32,160 bases of DNA from an uncultured Prolixibacteraceae bacterium (GCA_964606515.1 CAZSIK010000004.1:1-32160), one strand, 5' to 3'; positions 1 through 7,935 are shown, counted from the first letter of the stretch. Program-made: numbers and translations. Notes: generated by a model not told the origin, from the letters alone.

Positions 1-40
1 TTTCAAAGTATTATCGCAACAATATAAAAACCAGCAACTC

Positions 41-62
41 AAAAAAAAAAAAAAAAAAAAAA
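41..62. repeat. 22-nt A homopolymer (T22 on the minus strand) in non-coding DNA
   Basis: Direct reading: ...ccagcaactc, then 22 A, then ctgatg... No ORF covers it. Confidence 0.95.
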
Positions 63-342
63 CTGATGTACAGACACTTATAAAATGTTAATAATTGCTA
101 AAATTACAAATTAGTTGGGTGTGTCCAATAATATGGGAAAATTCCAGGCCTTAAAATGAAATTGAGCTCAATTACGGAATAAGGGTGAACAGACAAGCGC
201 TAAACAAAAAAAGGACTGTGCGGAGATTAACTGCCATAATCTAAGCAAATTTTGCGGAGAAAGTTTCATTTGCGGCGAATAAGAAGTATATATTACAAAA
301 AGAAGCCCAAATTATGAACTGCGAAGCACTCACCGTAAGTAA

Positions 343-876
343 TTAATCCTTATACGGCACCACAGTCTTACTTTCCGCTAGCCGTTTGTATTGAGTAGCG
401 CCGGTTTTTTTCAAGCGTCCTTTTAAGGTTGAAATTTCTTTTATGTTTGCAGTAGAGAAAGTAATGATATAACCTTTGTTGTCTTGCACCAGTTTATAAT
501 CGGGTACAAGTGTAATTTTTGGATTGTTGCCCAGGTCAAAGTCTACAAAAAAACAGTGTTGGTCGAAGCTGAAAAGCGATTTGCCTTTGGGTAGGTCGAT
601 GCCACTTTTAATCAGGTTCGTGTCGGGGAGGTACCCTTTTGGTTTGCTGCTGTCGGCCAGGGAATAACCGATCTCGGCTTTAAGCACATACTTGCCGGGT
701 CGTATGCCTTGAAAAGAAAAACTTCCGGTTTCGTCACAGGGGGTCATGGCGTATGTGGCCCCGGTTTGCCCGTCAACAACCAAAACATTGGGCCGTGCAG
801 GTGGGTTGCCCATTACCAGCAACTGAAAAGAAATGCCAAGGGAAACGAGTAAACTGTATGGGTATTTTCGTGACAT
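343..876 (-). CDS. Secreted protein of unknown function with a carboxypeptidase-regulatory-like (prealbumin-fold) domain
   Basis: ORF 343..927. I prefer the internal ATG at 876 because MSRKYPYSLLVSLGISFQLLVMG looks like a signal peptide. VVDGQTGATYAMTPCDETGSFSFQGIRPGKYVLKAE resembles CarboxypepD_reg-type domains. Confidence 0.6.
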   Translation of the reverse strand: MSRKYPYSLLVSLGISFQLLVMGNPPARPNVLVVDGQTGATYAMTPCDETGSFSFQGIRPGKYVLKAEIGYSLADSSKPKGYLPDTNLIKSGIDLPKGKSLFSFDQHCFFVDFDLGNNPKITLVPDYKLVQDNKGYIITFSTANIKEISTLKGRLKKTGATQYKRLAESKTVVPYKD

Positions 877-971
877 ATATTTACTTTTTATTGAAAAACA
901 ATCAATTAAAAAGAAAACAAGCTTCACAAAAAAAAGTTTACGCTAATTCGGGCAAGTCACGATAAAAATGT

Positions 972-1961
972 TCAGGAACGGGGCTTTTTTTTCCTCAGGT
1001 ACAACTGGGTACCGGGACTTATGTCACTTCCTTTTTTCATCCGGTTTTTACGGCACAGGCTACTCAACCTGATTCCGTATTTCTGGGCAATGGAATACAG
1101 AGTTTCCCCGGCCTGTACCCTGTGAAAATCTTTACCCTTAAGGGCAACATAGCGCTTCTTTTGCAGGTACAGCAGGGTACCGGCTTTAGGTTCAGCCGAT
1201 TTTGAGGAAAGATCGTTGTAATGCCTGATTTCCCATTCTTTCATGTCCATTTCGCGGGCAATACTTTCGTAGGTGTCTCCACCGATGGTCCTGATGGCCA
1301 TAAGCTCGTTTACTTCCAGAATATCGCGGGTTGAATAGGGGTTGATGGTGAAACTCCCAAAGACATTTTGGATTTTTTCTTTTGCAGCCTCAGTCGAAAA
1401 AGCAGGTTTATCAGCCACAACAATTTCTCTTTGTGGTAATTCACCAGGCTTAACTTTATCGAGCAGGTGAAGTTCTTCATCTTCAATCAACTTGATTAAT
1501 TTCTGAGGATATTTCGGATCGGTAGCATATCCTGCTTTGCTCAATCCTTGCGCCCAACCTTTGTAATCGGTTTTATCGAGTTTGAAAAGAAATGCATATC
1601 GGCTATTTTGGGTCAGAAAAAGGGAATGATCGATGTACGATTCTTCAACAAATTGATATTTTCGGAAACATTCTCCAGCCTCGTCATCATCGTGAAAAAA
1701 CCTGTCACCCGCCCAACCGCTTTTGCACTTGATCCCGAAATGATTGTTCGATTTCCGGGCAAGCAGGCTGTTCCCATTTTCCGACTCAATGCACCCCTGA
1801 GCCAGAGTAATGCTTGCAGGAATTCCAAATTGATGCATCTCTTTAATTGCCATCCCCTTATACAGGTCAATGTATTCCCTTCGCGATATTTTAGTTTGGG
1901 AATTGGCAAAGAGGGTAATCAACATCAGGATGATAATCGAAATGAACAGGGTTTGCTTCAT
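972..1961 (-). CDS. Peptidoglycan hydrolase: N-acetylglucosaminidase (GH73/FlgJ-like) domain plus two LysM repeats
   Basis: Signal peptide MKQTLFISIIILMLITLFANSQ. Catalytic block LAQGCIESENGNS...NNHFGIKC. Two C-terminal LysM repeats (GDTYESIAREMDMKEWEIRHYNDL and GETLYSIAQKYGIRLSSLCRKN). Confidence 0.85.
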   Translation of the reverse strand: MKQTLFISIIILMLITLFANSQTKISRREYIDLYKGMAIKEMHQFGIPASITLAQGCIESENGNSLLARKSNNHFGIKCKSGWAGDRFFHDDDEAGECFRKYQFVEESYIDHSLFLTQNSRYAFLFKLDKTDYKGWAQGLSKAGYATDPKYPQKLIKLIEDEELHLLDKVKPGELPQREIVVADKPAFSTEAAKEKIQNVFGSFTINPYSTRDILEVNELMAIRTIGGDTYESIAREMDMKEWEIRHYNDLSSKSAEPKAGTLLYLQKKRYVALKGKDFHRVQAGETLYSIAQKYGIRLSSLCRKNRMKKGSDISPGTQLYLRKKKPRS

Positions 1962-2007
1962 GGGTTTTCTTCTGATTTTTATCGGTCCATAAATACATAG
2001 AACGTGA

Positions 2008-2015
2008 CAAAAATA
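2008..2015 (-). promoter_or_regulatory. Candidate Bacteroidota -7 promoter box TAnnTTTG (TATTTTTG on the minus strand) for the glucosaminidase gene
   Basis: The plus strand reads caaaaata at 2008-2015, 46 nt upstream of the ATG at 1961. This is an exact match to the established Bacteroidetes sigma-A -7 consensus. An 8-mer hit in AT-rich DNA is weak evidence by itself. Confidence 0.35.
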
Positions 2016-2099
2016 AAAAAATTGACATCATTTACCGAAAATAAGGATAAGCCATGTACTTAACTAAAAATGAAGAGGTGAAATTAAACGGAAAAATAG

Positions 2100-2107
2100 T
2101 ATTTTTG
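2100..2107 (+). promoter_or_regulatory. Candidate -7 promoter box TAnnTTTG (TATTTTTG) for cdd
   Basis: Exact consensus match 19 nt upstream of the ATG at 2126. It lies inside the N-terminal extension of ORF 2054..2605, which supports the shorter gene model. Confidence 0.4.
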
Positions 2108-2125
2108 AAGCTAAACAATGAGATC

Positions 2126-2605
2126 ATGCTCGAAAAATCGTTTGTAATCAGCTATCGGGAAGCAAGTTCAATTGAAGAACTTGAAAGCGACGATGCATTC
2201 TTGGTGGCCAAAGCCCGCGAGGCTTCTCAGGATGCCTGGGCACCCTATTCCAAATTCAGGGTAGGAGCTGCGGTTCGGTTGGTCAATGGGCAAGTACTTT
2301 TCGCGAACAATCAGGAAAATGCAGCTTATCCTTCAGGGCTTTGTGCCGAAAGAGTGGCTCTTTTTTATGCCAATGCCCGATATCCTGATCAGCCCGTTGA
2401 GGCCATTGCAGTTTCGGCCAGTGCGTCCAATATTTGGGTTAGTCAACCGGTGAAACCTTGCGGTGCTTGCCTTCAATCGATGAATGAGTGCGAAAATCGT
2501 TTCGGGAATCCCATCCGGGTTTTACTCGACGGGGCAGAATGCATCCTGATAATTGATGGGATCAGAAATTTATTGCCTTTCAGGTTCGATAAAAATTCGC
2601 TCTGA
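2126..2605 (+). CDS. cdd: Cytidine deaminase
   Basis: Zinc-binding CDA motifs: AYPSGLCAERVALF (the C-A-E block) and PCGACLQSM (the PCxxC block). The ATG at 2126 gives a 159-aa product typical of this family. The ORF-track start at 2054 adds 24 non-conserved residues. Confidence 0.85.
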   Translation: MLEKSFVISYREASSIEELESDDAFLVAKAREASQDAWAPYSKFRVGAAVRLVNGQVLFANNQENAAYPSGLCAERVALFYANARYPDQPVEAIAVSASASNIWVSQPVKPCGACLQSMNECENRFGNPIRVLLDGAECILIIDGIRNLLPFRFDKNSL

Positions 2606-2711
2606 TTAAATTGCTTACGTTTCAATTCAACTGACAATAAAATATCCTTTGCAATTATCCCGAAAACAGTGATATTTTTTTTAACTTGGTGGTGGTTAAA
2701 TTTTAGGGGAA

Positions 2712-4025
2712 ATGAAGAAAACAAAAACGGTTATCAGCGCAATTTGGGTAGGAGTTCTGTTTTTGAGCAGTTTTTTTGCTTCTGCTCAACCAACCGACGA
2801 TCTGTCCCGCAGATTAATGCAACTTACTGATGTGAGCTCGGTGAGAAAAATCGAGAACCATGCGTTTTTCAAAGAAGCTTACGAAATCGACATCAGCCAA
2901 TATCTTGACCACAAAAATCCGGCAGCAGGAAGATTTACACAAAGGGTAATTCTTTCCCACTACAACCCCTTCAGCCCGATAATACTGGTTACAGAAGGGT
3001 ATTCTGCCGAAAACGCATTATCGCCCAAGTACATTAACGAGCTTAGCAGGATTGTCGAAGCAAACCAACTGGTTGTTGAACACCGTTACTTTGGCAAATC
3101 GGCTCCTGAAAATTTGAATTGGGACTATCTTACTGTAGAAAATGCCTGCGATGACCTTCACCGGATTTTATCGATCTTTAAAAATATTTACGCCAAGAAT
3201 AAATGGATTGCCACAGGGATCAGCAAGGGAGGCCATTATACTTTAGCTTACAAAACATTTTACCCAAACGATGTCAACATTTGGATTCCATACGTTGCCG
3301 CCCCTTTTTGCCATGAAGTAGAGGACGGGCGCTTCACTAAGTTCCTTGATAAAGTAGGTTCAAAATCAACCCGCGATAAAATACAAAGCTTCCAATTGGC
3401 TGTTCTTCAAAACCGAAAATCAATTCAACCTTTACTCGATAGCTTGATAAAAGTAAAAAACTTGAAGTTCAGAATTCCAAACGAGCATGTACTCGATTAT
3501 TGCGTATTGGAGTATCCCTTCTCCTTTTGGCAATGGGGCGAATTTCCACACCGGATTCCTCAATGGGACAATAATCCTGAAGATTTTCTCAAACACTTGG
3601 TCTCGGTAATCTCTCCCGAATATTTCGAAATGGAACACATGAAATCAACCCGGCCTTTTTTCATTCAAGCCGCAAAAGAACTTGGTTATTACAGTTACAA
3701 CCCCAAAATACTCAAAGACTATTTGCTCATCGGAAGCCCCAAAGGTTATCTGAAAAAAATATTTCTCGAAGAAAATGAAAATTTCAAGTTCAACAATTCA
3801 TCCACCACGATGATCGAGAAAGCCATCAATAAAGATGGTTCACACGTGATGATGATCTATGGGGAATACGATCCATGGACTGCTTCATCATTAAAACTCA
3901 GCCCCGCTTCGCGGGCCAGGAAATTTGTGATTGCTAAAGGCGACCATAAAATCAGGATCGAAAACCTTACCTACGAGCAAAAAGCTAAAATTTATATGAT
4001 TCTTGAAAATTGGCTTGATGAATAA
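2712..4025 (+). CDS. Secreted alpha/beta-hydrolase serine peptidase, S28/S37-like
   Basis: Signal peptide MKKTKTVISAIWVGVLFLSSFFASAQ. QYLDHKNP..GRFTQRV and VVEHRYFGKS resemble S28 (PRCP/DPP7-type) and S37 signature blocks. GISKGG is a nucleophile-elbow-like motif. The family call is from motif memory only. Confidence 0.6.
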   Translation: MKKTKTVISAIWVGVLFLSSFFASAQPTDDLSRRLMQLTDVSSVRKIENHAFFKEAYEIDISQYLDHKNPAAGRFTQRVILSHYNPFSPIILVTEGYSAENALSPKYINELSRIVEANQLVVEHRYFGKSAPENLNWDYLTVENACDDLHRILSIFKNIYAKNKWIATGISKGGHYTLAYKTFYPNDVNIWIPYVAAPFCHEVEDGRFTKFLDKVGSKSTRDKIQSFQLAVLQNRKSIQPLLDSLIKVKNLKFRIPNEHVLDYCVLEYPFSFWQWGEFPHRIPQWDNNPEDFLKHLVSVISPEYFEMEHMKSTRPFFIQAAKELGYYSYNPKILKDYLLIGSPKGYLKKIFLEENENFKFNNSSTTMIEKAINKDGSHVMMIYGEYDPWTASSLKLSPASRARKFVIAKGDHKIRIENLTYEQKAKIYMILENWLDE

Positions 4026-4046
4026 GCCTTCCTTTTATCTTATAAA

Positions 4047-4568
4047 TCAGTGATTTGCAGTAATCAGGGTTACTACCTTCAATTCTTTTTGTAAAGAAAT
4101 CGTAAGGAAACCTTTACTTTTCAACATCTCCAACAAAGGAGCTGGGACAAAAGGAGTGATCAGCTCATAAATGTCTCCTTGTTTCATCGTTTTTAATTGT
4201 TCAACGACCTGATTCATCGGACTTCCTCCCGACTCAATGGTTTCGCAGGCATCCCAACTAACCACTATTTGATCGCGGTGATACCAATCCGGGAATTTTT
4301 CAACCAGGTATTCCTGATTGGCAAATGTTCCGAAAAGTGCTTCCTGGCCAGCTTCACTCCTGAGCCGGTTCACCAAATCTTCAATCTTCATATTTCCAAG
4401 TGATGCAGCCTGTTGCAGCGAAGCCACCTTGGCCACGGTGCGCCGCAATATCGGGTTTTTTAACGAAGCAAAAGCTGACGACAGCTCAAGTAAAACCGAT
4501 TCAAGCTGTGGGTAATGCTCAAGTAATTCGCCAACCTTTGTTTTGGGTGTAATTTCAATCATGCCCAT
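4047..4568 (-). CDS. DUF1858-like N-terminal domain plus DUF2249-like C-terminal domain protein (function unknown)
   Basis: Its ATG at 4568 directly abuts the TAA (4569-4571) of the upstream gene. The N-terminal region ITPKTKVGELLEHYPQLESVLLEL...LQQAASLGNMKIEDLVNRL looks DUF1858-like and has no Cys pair. The C-terminal region WDACETIESGGSPMNQVVEQLKTMKQGDIYELITPFVPAPLLEML looks DUF2249-like. Confidence 0.6.
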   Translation of the reverse strand: MGMIEITPKTKVGELLEHYPQLESVLLELSSAFASLKNPILRRTVAKVASLQQAASLGNMKIEDLVNRLRSEAGQEALFGTFANQEYLVEKFPDWYHRDQIVVSWDACETIESGGSPMNQVVEQLKTMKQGDIYELITPFVPAPLLEMLKSKGFLTISLQKELKVVTLITANH

Positions 4569-5801
4569 TTACTTTTTCGAATACGACAGCAACCTTTGTT
4601 CCCCTTCCAGGGCACGTACATGGGTAAGGTCCTGGGTAAATTCGATCGTACCTAAGTAATCACCTTCCTTGCCCCTGAGTGCGAAGTATTCAATATAGAT
4701 GAACCTTCCTCGCATGTTGATCCAAAAAGCAGCACTGTTTTCTTTTCCACTGCGGAAATCATCCAATATTTGGTCGACCACATGAACGCTTGATGGCGGG
4801 TGGCACATGCGTACATCACGGCCAAGAATGGCCCTGTTCCTTGTGAAAATCCTGTCAGGCCCGAGGCTGAAAAACTTCACTTTATCGTTTTTATCCACAA
4901 AGGTAATGTCGATGGGCAAGGTTTTGAACAAAGCTTCCAGTTCGTTCATTTCGAAATGGCCGGTCGAGAGGCCGATGCTGTTTTTGGTATTGAACGTAAC
5001 TTCGCTAACTTCAATATTATCGGGTTTCCATTCCACTTCAGGGTCGTACAAACAGAATCCGAACTCCATCGTCTGTTCATGTACCGCCCACCAATCCTGG
5101 CCGGTTAGTGTGTCCATACACATGGGTAGCAGAATTTCTTCCTCTTTACCAATCATATCGTCGACACCGTTTACCGCCGGGCGCAACACCAGGTCGATTA
5201 AAGTTTTCAGTTCGTCCAAGGCAATGCCTTCGTGGGTGTGCACAGCATCAATTGAGGCTTTAATAAGGGTGCGTATTTCGTCGTGTTTGCCCCACATCAC
5301 CTTGGGAGGTCCGGTAATTCCGGCTTTTTCAAGGAAGGGAAATACCAGATATTCCTTTCTCTGATAATGTTTATCCACATCCATAAGGCTATTGAATTTT
5401 CCATGTACGGCAATAAGCCACTTGCTTAGTTCTTCCTCTTTCAACAGTCGGGCCTCTTCGAAAAGCTCATTCAGTTCGAAAACCACCTCAGCTAGTGCCT
5501 CATTCTCCTTTTTAAAAGTATCGACAGGATGCCCTTCCGGAATGGGTTTGGCTCCGCTTTGGTCAATGTGTCCATCAAGTACCATGGAATGGATATCGCA
5601 TAATTTAAGAACTTCTTCTACAGGAAGCCCTTCAGAAATCAGCTCTTGTTCCACTTCGACTACTTCGTCGTAGGGAATCGATTTCAGGATTTCGATCAAT
5701 CGTTGGCGGACTTGGTCGGGTGCCTCGCCTGCATGGAGCTGTAAAATCATGTGTTTCAACAGCTCTTTTCTTCTTTTTGAATTATTAATTAACTCACTCA
5801 T
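4569..5801 (-). CDS. DUF438 / hemerythrin-like / PAS three-domain protein (function unknown)
   Basis: The N-terminus KRRKELLKHMILQLHAGEAPDQVRQRLIEILKSIPYDEVVEVEQELISEGLPVEEV matches the DUF438 pattern. The central helical region is His/Glu-rich (KHYQRKE, WGKHDEIR), as in hemerythrin HHE cation-binding domains. The C-terminal PAS-like domain carries RMCHPPSSVHVV. Confidence 0.75.
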   Translation of the reverse strand: MSELINNSKRRKELLKHMILQLHAGEAPDQVRQRLIEILKSIPYDEVVEVEQELISEGLPVEEVLKLCDIHSMVLDGHIDQSGAKPIPEGHPVDTFKKENEALAEVVFELNELFEEARLLKEEELSKWLIAVHGKFNSLMDVDKHYQRKEYLVFPFLEKAGITGPPKVMWGKHDEIRTLIKASIDAVHTHEGIALDELKTLIDLVLRPAVNGVDDMIGKEEEILLPMCMDTLTGQDWWAVHEQTMEFGFCLYDPEVEWKPDNIEVSEVTFNTKNSIGLSTGHFEMNELEALFKTLPIDITFVDKNDKVKFFSLGPDRIFTRNRAILGRDVRMCHPPSSVHVVDQILDDFRSGKENSAAFWINMRGRFIYIEYFALRGKEGDYLGTIEFTQDLTHVRALEGEQRLLSYSKK

Positions 5802-5813
5802 TTTATATTGAAT

Positions 5814-6791
5814 TTAAATTTTTGCCAGTGCTAAAAAGACCACGTGAAGCGAAATGGTTAAAAAAAGGTATAAATTTCGTGCAGCTTGTGGACTTAATTT
5901 CAGAAACTTATAGTTTATTGAACCATGCGGACAGGATGGAACACAATCGCCGCACAGGGTACAGTTAAATCCCGGCTTCTTGTTTTTAATGTGCTGAACA
6001 TTTAATGCGTCGTATTTGCAATAGCTGGCACACTTCATGCACAAATCGCATTGGTTATCAATGTACATACGAAACGGATTGATGGGCTTGGCAATATTCA
6101 CCACAGTACCAATTGGGCAATACAAAGTGCAGTGGACCATTTTCTTACGTTTTCGTGAGTAAAAAATCATTACGCCGATGCCCACAACACCAAAAGCGAC
6201 GGCAATTAATGTAGTGTACAGAACAGGAACATTGAGCCAACGCAACAACAACGCAACAACAATAACCAGTATCAGGATAGTAGATTTTATGGCTCGTTGG
6301 TTTCTTAACCTGCTTACTTTTGTTTTTCCATTGGCCGCCCAATTGTCTAATGCACCAAAATAACATAAATGGCTGCACCAGGCAGGTCCGGTTAGCACAA
6401 TGGTACTTATAAAAAGGAACGTCATAAACGACAGTTGCAAACGGTGCACGGGACCTCCAATAATCATCATCGGAATAGGAAGATGCAGCTTGCCGGTCAT
6501 TAAAAATTTTTCGGCGCCTAACAATCCCAACGCCAGTTGACCAAAAAACACCAGCGAAAAAAGCGCCCAGGTATTTCGGCGCCATTGCGGTGCCAATTTG
6601 GGATCCTGCATTTTGAAGGCCACAAAAGCGCCGTACAAGGCAATAATAGTAAGTTGAACCCAACCAGCTCCCGGCCAAAAACGTTCTGCCACCAGTATAG
6701 GCCTGTCTGTCATTTTCCACTGCACCATAGCCAACAGAAAAAATGAAAAAAGAAAAACATAAGCAGGTAGTCTATAATTTTTTATCATCAT
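5814..6791 (-). CDS. NapH/NosH/MauN-type integral-membrane polyferredoxin (4Fe-4S binding protein)
   Basis: Several hydrophobic helices. Two CX3C(P) motifs (AWCSHLCYFG and HCTLYCPIG). Two ferredoxin motifs (CDLCMKCASYC and CTLCGDCVPSCP). Confidence 0.75.
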   Translation of the reverse strand: MMIKNYRLPAYVFLFSFFLLAMVQWKMTDRPILVAERFWPGAGWVQLTIIALYGAFVAFKMQDPKLAPQWRRNTWALFSLVFFGQLALGLLGAEKFLMTGKLHLPIPMMIIGGPVHRLQLSFMTFLFISTIVLTGPAWCSHLCYFGALDNWAANGKTKVSRLRNQRAIKSTILILVIVVALLLRWLNVPVLYTTLIAVAFGVVGIGVMIFYSRKRKKMVHCTLYCPIGTVVNIAKPINPFRMYIDNQCDLCMKCASYCKYDALNVQHIKNKKPGFNCTLCGDCVPSCPHGSINYKFLKLSPQAARNLYLFLTISLHVVFLALAKI

Positions 6792-6800
6792 TAAGGTACC

Positions 6801-7232
6801 TTATAAATTAACTATTTTAAAAGCGGTATTGTTTTTTCGGGCTAAGCTTTGGATCGTCTCTTCAGCCACCAGTTTGTTGATTGCCTCGCGTATTGGACCA
6901 TACCGGTCGTGCAAAGGGCAGGGGTTGTTGCCATCGCAATGTTTCAGGCCAAAACCGCAACCTTCAAATATTTTTCCCCCTTCAATAGCCAGGATCAGAT
7001 CTTTTAGTGCCAGTTCCGGTTTCGAATCATCAAAAAGAAAACCGCCCCCCTTGCCCTTTATCGAGTTTACAAAACCCAGTTTTGCAAGCCGGTGAAGAAT
7101 CTTTGCCGTATAAGCCTGGGGCGCTTCAATCTCTTTGGCTATCTCTTCGATCCCCGGCCGTTGTTGCCTGTAATTCTGATGTTGGATGTACACTAAACTT
7201 CGTAATGCGTATTCGGTCTCTTTATTGAACAT
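6801..7232 (-). CDS. Rrf2-family transcriptional regulator with a Cys triad (probable Fe-S type, IscR/NsrR-like)
   Basis: MFNKETEYALRSLVYI plus AKEIEAPQAYTAKILHRLAKLGFVNSIKGKGGGF form an Rrf2 winged HTH. The Cys triad is CGFGLKHCDGNNPC. The ORF-track start at 7238 is a TTG codon, so I prefer the ATG at 7232. Confidence 0.85.
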   Translation of the reverse strand: MFNKETEYALRSLVYIQHQNYRQQRPGIEEIAKEIEAPQAYTAKILHRLAKLGFVNSIKGKGGGFLFDDSKPELALKDLILAIEGGKIFEGCGFGLKHCDGNNPCPLHDRYGPIREAINKLVAEETIQSLARKNNTAFKIVNL

Positions 7233-7242
7233 ACTCAACTAT

Positions 7243-7256
7243 GTAAATCAATTTAC
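7243..7256. promoter_or_regulatory. Perfect palindrome GTAAAT-ca-ATTTAC next to the Rrf2 start; candidate autoregulatory operator
   Basis: Read directly from the sequence. It lies 5 nt upstream of TTG 7238 and 11 nt upstream of ATG 7232. Rrf2 operators are typically AT-rich inverted repeats. A 6+6 palindrome is expected by chance several times in 32 kb, so only its position makes it a candidate. Confidence 0.25.
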
Positions 7257-7385
7257 TTCTATTTTACAGTGAACTATATCCTGCATTTTCATGTTCGGAA
7301 AACAGAGTCGTTCTGTTTTTTTGTGCAAAGATAAATATTTTTTAAAAATACTAAATGATCTTTTTGTCATTTATAAAATATTTCA

Positions 7386-7393
7386 TACTTTTG
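7386..7393 (+). promoter_or_regulatory. Candidate -7 promoter box TAnnTTTG (TACTTTTG) for the cupin gene
   Basis: Exact consensus match 36 nt upstream of the ATG at 7429, inside the AT-rich divergent intergenic region. Confidence 0.4.
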
Positions 7394-7428
7394 TATCCGT
7401 AAATCTTTATATAAATAAATATACAGTA

Positions 7429-7767
7429 ATGATTATCAATTCAGCAAAAACAGTTACAGCACACGAAAATCCACACCAGGTGGATGTGCGCAAGCTTTAC
7501 GACCACGACAATGCCCAGGTAATGCACATTACCTTGCAACCTGGCCAGGCACTAAAACCCCACATCACACCGGTTGATGTTTTCTTTTACATTCTCGAGG
7601 GTGAAGTGGATGTCCTTGTTGGTGAGAAAACAATAAAAGTAGAAGCCGACAACCTGGTTGAAAGCCCGAAAGACATTGTGCATTGTCTGGCTAACCAATC
7701 GGAGGCCCCTGCCCGTATACTCGTAGTAAAAGCACCCAAACCCATTGCAAAACCCAGGCTCTTGTAG
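7429..7767 (+). CDS. Small single-domain cupin protein
   Basis: ITLQPGQALKPHITPVDVFFYILEGEVDVLVGEK matches the cupin_2 pattern (G..L.PH......FY.LEG). ORF 7291..7767 has a low-complexity, AT-rich N-terminal extension. The ATG at 7429 gives a 112-aa protein. Confidence 0.7.
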   Translation: MIINSAKTVTAHENPHQVDVRKLYDHDNAQVMHITLQPGQALKPHITPVDVFFYILEGEVDVLVGEKTIKVEADNLVESPKDIVHCLANQSEAPARILVVKAPKPIAKPRLL

Positions 7768-7892
7768 CTATTGGCACCCTCTGACATAGAACGGGGAATT
7801 TATTCAGCTTGATAAATTTTCATAGCATATAAGATACGATGCTGCTAGTAACCAACGACCTGGCGAAGGATCATCAAAATATACTGCGACTG

Positions 7893-7935
7893 GCGGGCTT
7901 ACTCGATCAAATCAAAGAAGCCCGCTCTGTTCGTT
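7893..7935 (+). terminator. Possible terminator hairpin downstream of the cupin gene
   Basis: GCGGGCTT (7893-7900) pairs with AAGCCCGC (7918-7925) across a 17-nt loop, followed by tctgttcgtt. The loop is long and the U-tract weak. 8-bp inverted repeats are expected by chance about ten times in a window this size. Confidence 0.25.

Noticed and set aside
1548-2000. 150-aa plus-strand ORF and 98-aa minus-strand alternative-frame ORF inside the glucosaminidase gene
   Set aside because: These are shadow ORFs within a gene that has clear catalytic and LysM motifs.
4807-5364. 185-aa plus-strand ORF (with 4800..5108 and 5392..5673) antisense to the DUF438 gene
   Set aside because: It is Ser/Leu-rich and low-complexity with no recognisable motif. 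It lies entirely inside a well-supported minus-strand gene, so it is a typical antisense shadow ORF.
6145-6720. 191-aa same-strand, alternative-frame ORF inside the polyferredoxin gene
   Set aside because: The annotated frame has coherent TM helices and four Cys motifs. The alternative frame is Arg/Cys/Gly-rich and looks like noise. Nothing suggests a frameshift.
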